A DNA stretch of 64,000 nucleotides from Octopus sinensis. Its lineage: Eukaryota. The notes beneath the pieces were generated by a model. It saw only the letters and a list, made by a program, of their open reading frames with translations. It did no database searches and was not told where the DNA came from. Of this stretch, positions 12,783-24,615 are shown in pieces (the stretch's first letter is position 1; every line of letters begins with the position of its first letter). The stretch lies in assembly GCF_006345805.1 (NCBI RefSeq), contig NC_042997.1:107570001-107634000 (forward strand). The letters are read 5' to 3'. A program made the position numbers and the translations under genes.

Positions 12783-13000
12783 TGTATGTATGTATGTATG
12801 TATGTATGTATGTATGATGTATGTATGTATGTAAATATGTATGTATGCAAGTATGTATGTACTATGTACGTACGTACGTATGTATGTAAGCATGTATGCA
12901 TGTATGTATGTATGCAAGTATGCAAGTATGTATGTACGTACGTACGTATGTATGTATGTATGTATGTATTATGCATGTATGTATGTATGTATGTATATAT
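12739..13000. repeat. Long degenerate (TATG)n microsatellite
   Basis: Directly visible. Confidence 0.95.
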
Positions 13001-13002
13001 TA

Positions 13003-13557
13003 TGTCAGATCACTTTCGAGTGCTACTGGTAACATGTAACCCAGTACAACCTGTTGCATGGTCGCGATGTCGGCGACTAAACCGGCAACCCCACCAAGCT
13101 TGCTTGGTGAGGAGGGTGTTTATTGGTCACCCTTCGGGATGAAAAACAAAACCCGTCAAAGGGCGGAGGAACTCTTGAGAGTCAACAGCCATCCAATAAA
13201 TGTCATAAGGCTGTATCATGCGCGGGGACATAGAAATAATCGGACTGAATACCCGATCGCGCGGTTAAACCATTGGGAGTGAAGGACTCCCAGCCTTTGT
13301 TACGGTATCCTTCTAGGAGAAGGTAACTCAGGTAACTGGGATAACTCCGACATAAAACCTGCGGCTCAGTGGTTACCGATGATGTTGACTTGTTCTTATT
13401 TTCGGATTATGGCTGCTGTTGCTTAGTGAGTGGGATTGACTCAGTGCACAGCCTTTCCTCACTTAAAAAAAAATCTTCTTGCACAGCCGTTGCACGATAA
13501 CAATATTGATTAAGCTTCGTGCAATGGCCATACTAGATAACGAGGTGGCAGCCACCA
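13003..13557 (+). mobile_element. 555-nt dispersed element embedded in (TATG)n, copy 1; RTE 5'-UTR-like or solo-LTR-like
   Basis: High similarity along its whole length to 42341-42889 (reverse), with the same two breakpoints; starts TGTCAG and ends GCCACCA. Orientation is assumed. Confidence 0.7.
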
Positions 13558-13852
13558 TGTATGTATGTATGTATGTATGTATGTATGTATGTATGTATGT
13601 ATGTATGTATGTATGTATGTATTTATGTATGAATATATGTATGTATGCAACTATGTTTGTATGTACGTATGTATGTATGTATGTATGTATGTATGTATGT
13701 ATGCATGTATGTATTATGCATGTATGTGTGTGTGTGTATGTATGTATGTATGTATGTATGTATGCAAGTATGCAAGTATGTATGTATGTATGTACGTACG
13801 TACTATGTATGTATGTATGAGTGTGTGTGTGTGTATGTATGTATGTATGTAT
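13557..13852. repeat. Long degenerate (ATGT)n microsatellite
   Basis: Directly visible. Confidence 0.95.
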
Positions 13853-13944
13853 GATTTTTCTTTGAGTTTAGTTAAAGTTCTTGAGAGAGTTCAAGCTAGT
13901 TGCCAACAATGCAACTAGACTTTTTCAGTTAACAAAGTTCCCAT

Positions 13945-14225
13945 CATCATCATCATCATTGTTTAATGTCTGCCTTCCATGCTACAATGGGTGGGACTGT
14001 ACCACAAAAGCCAACCAGGCGGAAACCTGCACCAGACTTCTGTAACTGTTTTGGCAGGATTTTTACAGCTGGATGCCCTTTCTAACACCAACCACTCAGC
14101 AGAATGAACTTGCGCAGGAGAGGTCAGTTTTGGCAAGGTTTTTTACACCTGGTTGCCCTTCCAAACACTTTACAGTGTGGGTTGGGTGCTTTTAAGTGGC
14201 ACCTGCACTGACAGGGTCACCAAGT
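13945..14225 (-). mobile_element. RTE-tailed SINE remnant(s), antisense
   Basis: (CAT)n followed by GTTTAATGTCTGCCTTCCATGCT...TTTTTACAGCTGGATGCCCTTTCTAACACCAACCACTC, the reverse complement of the tail at 11605-11768. Confidence 0.6.
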
Positions 14226-14579
14226 ACGTGCAAGACAAAAACTTTTAAGAGTGGACGAGGCATTGAAGGGGGTGATGATGCAAAGGTTATAGTGAGCCAG
14301 ATAGTGTGTAAAAATGGATATAGATGTTAAACAGCCCTTGTGTAAGTTTCAAATGCTTACGCACCATATAGCTAGTTCGGGCACGGAAGGAAAGCCGTAG
14401 TATTTAATAATAATTATTATTCTTTTCCTTAAAATATTAATACAAAATTAATATACAACATGGACAACAGACGTTAAATGATGATGGTGATAATGATGAT
14501 GATGTAAATTAGTCAATGAATCTAGGATTCTTCCCCCTCCCCCATATCTTTTAATATCTAGTTGCGAATGCCACATGTA

Positions 14580-17322
14580 AATTTCATTTGTGTATGCAAT
14601 TTAGACCTATTCTTGACTGATGTTATTTAGGACAGAAAATATTCTCTCGGCTGCAGCTGAAGAATGTGGTAATGATAGGAGCTGAAACATAAAGCATGAC
14701 AGGACCGGATAACGAACTTCATCTCCACATTTTTCCTTAGAAATTTTATACCAATAATCTTTTGGTTTGGTAGCTTCAGTTATGTCATTGTTATCTTGAA
14801 GTTTAAGTTCTCTCCATTCTTTATTAAGAGTTTCAATCTGACTCTCCTGAACAATATTTGGAAATTCGCATGCCAGAGGAACAATTGAACTTGGACCATT
14901 GCAATCACGAATACTAACTGGGTCTGGTGTCTCTAGAAGCTTCAGACTACGGAAGAAATTATGTGCAAAGAAACGCTGAAAAAATTCCTTCCCAAGGCGC
15001 AGATAAAAATTTAATGCTTTCACATGAAATTGTTTCAGTCCAGTTGTATTAATAGATGAAGCTTTCTTTATGTAGATGCTTTCAACTTTTTGCTCCTCTC
15101 TAAATTTCAGTTACGGAAAGATACACCGATGAATCATTGATGTTAATTTCATGTAGCTCTTATTTTTTCACAATTTGTTTTTAAACAAAATTGCCAAATA
15201 TTCCCTTATTAGTACATATAATAGATTTGTGCATTCTATAGCTTTCTGATTGGAAAATCTAAGTTAATGATATCTGGCAAAATATATGCTAAAAATGCAT
15301 AATGCATCTCTGTGATTAGATTTGTTAATGACCTCAGCACATTTGAAGCTGCACAGTTGTTATCTTCAATGGCAGCAGTAGTAAAGAATAACAGAAGAGC
15401 AGGCCACTGTTCTAGTATTCTTTTGACAATTTGTTCTAAAGGTAACCACTTTGAACAACTTCTCTTGCACGTTCAGCGACGTGCAACCAAAAGAATACCT
15501 TCCATCAGGCATTTGCTGTATTCTGAACGCCTTACTTCCCTGGGCATGGACACATTGAAACTCCGACGTCTGGCAGCTGACTTGGCAGACACCCAAAAAA
15601 TTATTAACCATCTTACAAACAATAATTCTGAGCACCTTTTCAAACTCCACCCGTCTAACACCCGTGGACATATTTACAAAGTCAGAAAACAGCACATTTT
15701 TTCACGCTGGGAGTTACTGAAGCATGGAACAAACTGCCGGCATCAGTTGTTAGTTGTCGGAGCACTGCATCCTTCAAAACTTCCATGCTTTCTGAGATTC
15801 GCCAACACTACACCTGATTTTCTCCCCTCCATACACACACAAGCATGTATCTGACTCATACATTGTTCGCTTTCCAGACATTTATACATTACTGCATATA
15901 CTTTATACGCACTTTCTGACAAGTTGTGGTACACATGAGCACTGTATACAATAATTTCATTATTATTATATATTATTATTATTATTATAATTTATGAGAA
16001 CCTGTTTGAGTAAATGCCTGAAATTATTCATATTCCTGCAGTCTCTTTGGGCTATTCGAGAGGAATGAGTATATGCTTCTAGCAAGTTCTTCTATGCCTT
16101 TGATGCACAGATATGAATAGAGTGACAGACACAACCTTGAATACAGAGAGAGGGAACTTTGTTCTCCAGTAATGCCCGCACACCTCTCTTCTGTCCCATC
16201 ATTACACTAGCATTATAACTTTTCAAAAAGGGTCTCATTTAAAGTGAAGAATCTTTCAATAGAGGAAACAATTCCATTAGCAGAGCAATCCTTGGCTTCC
16301 AAAAGAATTAAAATAACTATCAATATTTTTTTGAGTGCTACAATCATAAAATCTGGCGAAAAGAACAAGATAGGTTTTGTTTTTGTCCTTACATCAGTAA
16401 TTTCATCAACAATTAATGAAAACTTACATTTTTTAACTGTTTAATGAGGTTTTCAAAGTAATAAGGACCTAAAACATTTTTATATATTTGAGTAGTTTTG
16501 GTTCTTGCACATTTAATATCTTTAGTTATTTTGGAATCAGGACATGCATTCTGAATTAGTCCAGGTAAATGATCCATAAGCAATGTTCTACAATGAAAGA
16601 ACAAAGCTTAAGCTGGGCAGCTGCTACCTTTGTAATATGAACATAAGAAGTTGGAGGCTGCAAAAAGTCGGTCAGTTTTCCACTTTATTTTCTGAATTAA
16701 CATTTTTAACATGTCTATCCGTTTTTTCCGTGCCTCTCCAGATGAGTTACACTGCTTTGAATTTCACAACAACAAAATTTCCAGTATGCTCTTTGGATAT
16801 TTGTTTTACTTGATTCTAACCAAGATGAAAATCAAGAATCCAATAAGAGTTTGTCCGATAATTTATGATTATATTGTTTAATTCTTTTGTTTGTCGGAGT
16901 TAAACCGAAGTCAATTTCATCACTGCTTTTATCTTTCGTATTCTTGCTCATCATGAGGATTATAACTCACTCGTAATTGATAAATGTTCAACGAAATAGT
17001 AAGGAAAAACTTGACACTTATGTATAAAACATGTTACTGACTGCATTAGAGGCGGAAAGCCGGCGATATTGGATGGTACGTACGATACACGGATTGAACA
17101 CGTTCTATATCAACTAGCTACCAATTAACTGCATCGCTATAAAATGTCGGGAAATATATTTTGATATAAAATGTGATGTATTTATTGTTACATTGTTCAC
17201 TTACATTGGCGGTAAACTTATTTTTTTACATAAAGTGAAAAAGTTATTGCAGCGTAGTATCAAAAGTATTACTGCACACCAAAAGTACCAAATTTGGTAC
17301 AATGGTACCAGGTTCTGCAAGC
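14580..17322 (-). mobile_element. Degenerate hAT-superfamily DNA transposon (transposase pseudogene), interrupted by a CR1 fragment
   Basis: Minus translations: N-terminal BED-like WL...RAYWKFCCCEI...HLERHG (about 16720-16830), PDSKITKDIKCARTKTT (16413-16604), KWLPLEQIVKRILEQWPAL (about 15370-15460), and the C-terminal dimerisation motif LLSLPHSSAAAERIFS (14607-15023). Ends approximate. Confidence 0.8.
15469..15990 (+). mobile_element. CR1 LINE 3' fragment with (TAT)n tail nested in the hAT element
   Basis: VQRRATKRIPSIRHLLYSERL..LGMDTLKLRRLAADL and RGHIYK motifs; ends in (TAT)n at about 15958-15990; hAT coding sequence resumes on both sides. Confidence 0.8.
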
Positions 17323-17324
17323 AC

Positions 17325-19015
17325 GTGCCGGAGTAGTCAAGCAGATGTGCGAAAATTGCAAAATCCAAGATCTCACTCAGGATATGTTCAAATCACTTAT
17401 CTTCGTGCAAGGACTTATACCATCTGAAGATAGAGAAATTCGGGCAAGAATTCTCTCGAAAATGGAGCAAGCGAACCAGGATTTATCTCTATAGTCCATT
17501 GGAGCAGAATGTCAGACTATGGTAAATCTTAAACATAATGTGAAAAAAATACAAAATAAAGACTCTGCAAAAATTCAAGTGTATCGTCCTGGGATAGTGT
17601 CAGGCCCCAATCCGTGTTATGGTCGTGGAGGCCTACACTACAAAAAGGATTGTCCGTTTAAAAACAAAAAAGTGCTATAGTTGTCAGAACCTGGGACACA
17701 GAAGTTCTCGTTGTAGAACAAAACTACAGAAGGTTCTAAGGTGTTTTCAGCGGAGTTCTAAGTTATGACACGCGAAGCTAAATGATTTATTGTGGATAAT
17801 ACCATCAATCTGTTTGGCACAGACTGATTAGAACTATTCGATTTATGGCACCTCTCCATAAATCTTTACTACAATAATATAAATAGTTGTCCTGTAAAAA
17901 ACAAGTCTATGTAGAAAGATGGAAGCCTATTTTCAAATAAGTGAAAACGCTACACCAGTATTTAAAGCAAACAGAAAAGTATCGTTTGCGGCAATTGAAA
18001 CCGTAAATGAAGAGTTGGACAGACTACAAAAGAATGGAGTCATCCAAAAAGTGGATTACTCGAAGTGGGTGGCACCCACGGTATGTATTAAAAGAAATTA
18101 AAGTCAGGCTGTGTGCTGATTTCTCTACAGGATTGAATGATTGCTTAAAAACACATCACCATCCACTCCCGACTGCAGCGGAAATTTTTTCAAATTTAAA
18201 TGGTGGAAAAAGTTTTTTTGTAAATTTGGATCTTTCTGAAACCTATTCACAGATAAAAGTAAATGAAAAATGCTCAAAGTATTTGACAATAAATACGCAC
18301 AGAAGATTATACAGACACATACGATTTCGTTTTAGATTGAAAGTTGCAGCAGCAATATTCCAACAAATCCTGGATACCATGTTATCTAATTGTGAATTTG
18401 TAATCCTGTACTTGGATGATATTTTTGATCAAGAGTAATTCTCATAAACAGCATGTGGAACACGTAAAAGCTGTGTTTAAAAAAACTAAAGTTTTCGGGT
18501 TCACTTTGTGTGAAGGAAAATGCGAATTCTTTTACCCCAAATTAAGTACTTAGGGCAGACGCAATAAGGAATATGCCTGCGCTGACAAATATTCCAACTT
18601 TACAAGCATTTCTTGAGTTGGCACACTTCTACATTCCTAACATGCACAAATTAAGAGCTCCATTGAACGACTTATTTAAAAAATGGATTAAAGGGGAATT
18701 GGTCCACTAAATGTCAGAACTCTTTTGAAGAAATAAAAAAATTCTAATCTCAGACTTGTCATTAGCACAATACGATCCCGAAATGGACATCATCGCAACG
18801 TCTGATGCTTCCGAGCATGGATTAGGTGCAGTTCTACTTCATAAATACGAAAACGGAAATACAAAACCAGTGGTTCGCGTTTCGCGCTCGCTAATAGCAG
18901 CAGAGAAGAGATCTAGTCAAATTGAAAAGGAGGCCCTAGCAGTTATTTTTGCAGTTAAAGAATTTCACAGGTTTCTGCATGGCAAAAGATTTTTTTTTTT
19001 TTTTGCAAACAGGCG
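17325..19015 (+). mobile_element. Ty3/Gypsy (K02A2.6-like) internal fragment: gag, CCHC, RT, RNase H; no LTRs
   Basis: DMFKSLIFVQGL..EIRARILSK (gag), CCHC-like knuckles at about 17610-17720, RT motifs (RLCADFSTGLND, HPLPT..EIF..L.GG..F..LDLS..Y.QI, YLDDI), RNase H (DASEHGLGAVL, SQIEKEALAVIFAVKEFHRFLHG). Confidence 0.85.
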
Positions 19016-19029
19016 GTAGACCTTTGCTG

Positions 19030-19288
19030 TCGATTTACGGGTCTGAAATGAAAGCTGTAGGTGATAAGTATGTTACGAAAATATAAGAAGCTTTAAAAAT
19101 ATAAACAGAATAAAAATTCAGATGCCAGTAGATTTTGAATCTGTGACGATATTCTGATGTATTTCCAAAGAGTGGCGGTTCCAACAACATTACAAAAAAT
19201 TGTATTGCAACAATACACCTTACCGCACACCAAAAGTACCAATATTTGGTACCAATTTGGTACAATAGAACCAGGTTCGGCAAGCCTT
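19030..19288 (-). mobile_element. Second copy of the putative hAT terminal/subterminal segment
   Basis: GCACACCAAAAGTACCAA...TTTGGTACAAT.G.ACCAGGTTC.GCAAGC is shared with about 17272-17322. Confidence 0.4.
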
Positions 19289-19289
19289 A

Positions 19290-20170
19290 TTTCAGCGAAG
19301 CATACTGGCTTCATTTCTTTCAAGTCTTCTCATTTCTTTCAAGCCTACGTATGTTTCACTGCCATGCAGTATAGCTGTTCGCATACAGGTGTCAAACAAT
19401 CTGACTTTCACTCTGAGAGAGAGGCCCTTTGTAACCAGCAGGGGTAGGAGCTATCTGAACTTTGTCCAACCTAATCTTATTTTAACTGCTACGCTTTCGG
19501 AACATCCACTTCCACTACTAACCTGGTCTTCTAGATCCCGGAAGCTATCTACTACCTCTTGCTTGCCTCCCTGGAAGTTGATGGAGTCTATTTTCCGCAC
19601 ATATACCTTCCATATACAAAAGATAGTTTCTCTGTTAACCTTCCTTTTATGTTGCTGCACTTATAATATATCCAAATCTTACACTGGGTGCATCTTATGG
19701 AGCTTCTACCTGCACCTTTTCTACAAATTGAGCAGGGTCATCTACCTGAGAGGATTTGTAATTTGTCTGCCTTTCTACTTACTATAACTTTGGGTTTTGC
19801 TAGGTTAACTCTGATTCTAGACCTTGTTTCCATACCTGGAACTTCTTCTCTACCTCAGGTAGTGATTCAGCTATAAGCGCAAGGTCATCAGTATAGAGGA
19901 GCTTCCAGGGGCAGCCTGTCTTGAATTCCTCTGTTATTACCTGGAAGACTATGATAAACAGGAGGGGGCTGAGCACCGATCCTTGGTGAACCCCGACTTT
20001 TACCTTGAATTCTTCGTTGTACTCGTTGCCCACCCCCACCTTACTGGTAGTGTCCCTGTACAAGGTTTGTACAGCTCTCACCAACCACTTGTCTATCCCT
20101 CGAGCGAATTGTTGATTCAAGAGCATCAACGATATTTGGGAATGTATTTTAAATATACGAAAGACGCTGA
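19290..20170 (-). mobile_element. RTE-clade LINE RT/C-terminal fragment
   Basis: VGVHQGSVLSPLLF...LLYTDDLAL (19800-20129), then GGCSES-like/RLGWTKFR and KGLSLRVK.RL motifs. Confidence 0.8.
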
Positions 20171-20249
20171 GCAGCTCTAGTGTAAACTAAGCTTACGCAC
20201 CATATAGATAGCTGTGGTAGTGTGTATTTATACATGTATGTATGTGTGT

Positions 20250-21822
20250 GTATGTTCTCTTCTGGTCTTAATCAATTAAATTCTTCCTCTGCCGAAGGAG
20301 CTGGTTTCTAACAAAGATACAAAGTTCCATCTTTGGAATGTTGGTAACAAAAACAATGTCACATTTTAAACCAGAGAAAAGTCTTGTACAGTTTTACTGT
20401 TCCGTTTACAGATTGTATTTGCAACGTGCGAATCAGTTGGTTGATTTCTTCTTCTGAAAATGCAAGCTTACCCAAACTAACAGTTAGGCATTTGCACCGA
20501 AAGCCAAGTGCTCCGGTTATTATCGATATAAATGTAAATTTGTAGTCTGGATATAGAAGCTGGAGCTTTCGAAACAGTTGTCCATAGTTATCTTCTGTCT
20601 CTTTGATTTTCAAAGAGACACTCACATCAACAGGACAGCTGATCTCCATGACGGTACATATCTTTTCCTTGTCTGTCCCAAACAACAACATCCAGCTTGT
20701 TCTGCTTACACTTGACTGATGTTTTGATGGGAATGTTCCACCAGTATTCCTTGTGCTGGTTTTTGTGTGCGCATTCAATAACATGGGGAATCTATATTTA
20801 TTCCAGGACAGTCGTTTTTCCGGATGGCATTGTATATTGTTTTTGCTTCTCACATGTGTGATGTCTTCCACAGAAATATGACACAATCAATAGTTACGGT
20901 TGCATCTTGCAACTCCAAGAGCTTCACTTTCTCTTTCAGTGGCAATCTCCTGTTCTTGGATTGTAGATGCATAGCCTTCGAAGAGTGATGTTATGTAGTG
21001 GTCGTGAGTCCAAGAGATGCTTCACTTCATGTCAATGTTATTATCTTCTTCAAGTTTTCGGAAAACTTACCCATGCATGGGTTTTTTTTTTTTGGTATAC
21101 TGAAGGTTTCACGTCCAGGTCATCTTTGACGTTTGCTAGTTCACCTTAATTGGAGTCGTATGGGAGGTCATCAGGAAGAGAGTACTTCCTAGGGAGTTCA
21201 CTTCCAACATGTAGGATATCCTTCACTTTCCAGCACTAAATTAATGTATTTATTTTTACTGTTGTTGTTTAGCAAATGCTTTCTGAGAGAGACTATGTGA
21301 CATTCGAAGCCCCCACCTCCTTTGTCTCTTCTTAGGTAGAGCCTGTCGATATCACTATTTCTGTGGAGATTTCCATGTGATATTAGGATATTGCAGGTTT
21401 TAATATCTATGGAATGGATTTCTTCTACAGACCGGTCAAGTATCCCAAATGTTGGAATCAGCACTGTTACTGCAAATGCATTGTGGGATACTGTTTTATT
21501 GTAAAAGAAGTGTTCCAATTGCCATATTTTTCTTAGTCTGGTATAATATTCTTGGGTCACTCTATCTTTACTCATAGTACCTTCGTATGATATATTTTCG
21601 TCAATGCTTAGGCATTTGCAGCATTCTTTGTGTGGGACAGGAGAGATAGTCGAACTATTGATGCACAGGTTTGGGGTCTGGGGGACTGGTTTTGCCCATT
21701 CAACAATAAAATATGAATATTTCTTTTGGACAGATTCCATTCTTATATCAGCTGAAAATGTTGTTATTAATTCCAGCTGCTTTTTTGGCATTGCTGACAT
21801 TTTTAGCGTAAATCTTGCAGTC
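20250..21822 (-). mobile_element. R4/Dong-clade RLE LINE (family alpha), 5'-truncated
   Basis: Post-RT motifs (HNAFAV.VLIPTFGILD, SDIDRLYL.RDKGG.G), CH.SVEDITHV and QLLYPDYKF.FI.IITGALG; homologous to 8385-12737 and 42953-43632. Confidence 0.8.
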
Positions 21823-22080
21823 ATGTATGTATGTGTGTGTGTGTGTGTATGTACGTATGTATGTATGTATGTATGTATGTATGTATGTATGTATGTATGT
21901 ATGTATGTATGTATGTATGTATGTATGTATGTATGTATGTGTTGTGTGTGTGTGTGTGTGTGTTGTGTGTGTGTTGTGCCTGTGTATTGATAGATGGATG
22001 GATGAATTGATGGATGGATCGGTAGATAGATAAATGGATGGATGGATCGAGGGATCGATCGATAGATAGATCGATAGATT
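21823..22080. repeat. (TATG)n/(TG)n/(GATG,GATA)n compound microsatellite just upstream of the exon at 22138
   Basis: Directly visible. Confidence 0.9.
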
Positions 22081-22137
22081 AATCATCTTGCTACTATTTC
22101 TCACATTTTAATATTTTTTTTTTGTTTTGTTTTGCAG

Positions 22138-22209
22138 GACAAAAATGGCAGCATTGAAAATGAGGAATTACATGGATTTTTAAAAGACTTAATGGAACTG
22201 ATTGAAGAG
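22138..22209 (+). CDS. Cbp53E: Calbindin-32-like, coding exon (DKNGSIENEELHGFLKDLMELIEE), phase 0/0
   Basis: Long T-rich tract plus TGCAG acceptor ending at 22137, GTAAGG donor at 22210, 72 nt with no stop. Completes a canonical EF-hand loop and the exiting helix 'ELxGFLKDL' typical of the calbindin/calretinin/secretagogin family. Confidence 0.9.
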
Positions 22210-22449
22210 GTAAGGTTATTTAATAGGAATTACATTATTTTTAGGAATTTTAAAGATATCTAAATTGTCAACTCTTTTAATTACATTCTTAATTATATAT
22301 TACTTAACACATTATGTAATGGCATAAATTATGTGTATATAAAAGTAGTCATCCTGAATCCTTCAGTTTGGATTAGGACCTAAATTAGTGAGAACCTTTG
22401 AGCAAGAACTGAAATTCTATGATTCCAATTCTCCTCAGATTCTTCTCAG

Positions 22450-22479
22450 TACAGAGCTGTGGAACAACTTACCAATTTG
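22450..22479 (+). CDS. Candidate 30-nt in-frame cassette microexon (YRAVEQLTNL)
   Basis: Preceded by a pyrimidine tract and TTCTCAG, followed by GTAAAT; 30 nt, phase 0/0 like the flanking exons, no stop. No transcript evidence. Confidence 0.3.
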
Positions 22480-23177
22480 GTAAATATTTTATAGTGTTTT
22501 GTAGCTTAAATGTTTTTATAAGTCGTTTGAGAGAGAAACATGTTTCTACCTGATCACACAGAGAGAAAAAATGATTTTAGAAACTGGACTTTCTGTGTTG
22601 GGTGTGAGGAAATAGGGAGATTAGAAATCTTTATAATTCCATTCAATAATAAACTTACTGAAACTCATTCTGTTAAGGAATGGCCCAAAAATCATTGAAC
22701 TAATTCAGTTTAAACTGTCTTAAATTGATAAAAAGAAACTGTTTATTAAAATATATATTTAAGAACAATACTGTACATCTTATTGAACCAAAGCTTAAAG
22801 TTAAATATAAAACAGAGGCAATTTGTTTCTACCAGATGAAAGAAAAAATCTATCTACCATTAATTATTGGCAACAGTTATCTTCACTTATTCACAATTAA
22901 TTTTTTTTTTAATTATGAATATTCCAAAATAATATGCAACAAGACAAATGTGAAGAACTTTTCTGTCAAAACTGGACTTTAAAGTAGTTTATGCAGTTAG
23001 TACTTAATTCAAACTTTAAACATCCTTTTTAGGCTTTATGACCACATAAAACCTGACAGACTGTATAAGTCTGCTAGTATAAGTCAGACTGACTGTATAA
23101 ATGTGACTGTATAAATTCAATTGTGAACAGAAACTTAACCGTCTGTATAAATGTTTCTTTCCTCTTCGCCCAAACAG

Positions 23178-23330
23178 GATTACAGCAGCGAAGATCTTGA
23201 AGAATCTAAACGCATCTTGTTGCAGCAATGCGATTTGAACAGGGATGGCAAGATCAACAAAGACGAGCTGACCATGTTGCTGATGTCCTACGACCAGATG
23301 CGAATGAATTCCCTAAGCTTACAAAAGTGA
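23178..23330 (+). CDS. Cbp53E: Calbindin-32-like, terminal coding exon (DYSSEDLEESKRILLQQCDLNRDGKINKDELTMLLMSYDQMRMNSLSLQK*)
   Basis: CAG acceptor ending at 23177, 50 codons plus TGA at 23328-23330, canonical EF-hand loop DLNRDGKINKDE, in phase with the preceding exon. Confidence 0.9.
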   Translation, partial: DYSSEDLEESKRILLQQCDLNRDGKINKDELTMLLMSYDQMRMNSLSLQK

Positions 23331-23491
23331 ATTGATTCTGTGACCCATTCATGCGCAACACATGCAGGTTTTGCAGTCTAATGAGCAAGTGCATATCAAG
23401 CATGACTATAACTAAACATAACACACACACGCACGCACACACACACACACGCACACACTCACACACACTCACACACACATATATACATGTA

Positions 23492-23523
<32 letters not shown>

Positions 23524-23584
23524 ATATATATATATATATGTATGTATGTATATATATATATGTATACACACACACATATATATA

Positions 23585-24047
<463 letters not shown>

Positions 24048-24345
24048 GTGTGTGTGTGTGTGTGTGTTTATATAATGTGTGTTGGTAAACCAAGTCATTT
24101 CTTCATAGCTAAAGGTTTCAGGCATTTGACATTAATCAATTCTACTCATTAGGATAAAATAATTATCTAAAACTCTCACTAATGTGTATCATTGATTGGC
24201 ATCAGATGCACGAAACCTTTAGATATGAGGAAAGAAACTCTCGTGTGCCAACACACGTTCATAACAGACTCTACACGCTTCTAACATGGGTGTGTACAGA
24301 GCATTTGGCATGAAAAAAAACAAATGCAGTATATTCACATAGGCC

Positions 24346-24584
24346 TACATACATACATACATACATACATACATACATACATACATACATACATACATAC
24401 ATACATAATACATACATACATACATACATACATACAAACATACATACATTCATACATATGTATATATATATGTGTGTGTATATATATATATATGCATGTA
24501 TGTATATATATATATATATATTTATATATACATATATATATATATATATTTGTATGTATATGATGTATATGTTATGTGTATATA

Positions 24585-24615
<31 letters not shown>

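Larger units (their letters stand above)
2227..22137 (+). other. 19.9-kb GT-AG intron of the calbindin-like gene, largely filled with TE remnants
   Basis: Defined by the two flanking exons, which join in frame within one EF-hand loop. Small undetected alternative exons cannot be excluded. Confidence 0.8.

Noticed and set aside
13003-13095. Possible HDV-like ribozyme at the 5' end of the 550-nt element (GTCGC-loop-GCGAC-TAA resembles P4-J4/2)
   Set aside because: I could not build P1, P3/L3 and P1.1; upstream sequence instead forms two simple hairpins.
17272-19288. Direct repeats as LTRs of the Gypsy fragment
   Set aside because: No TG...CA ends, PBS or PPT, and they abut truncated coding sequence.
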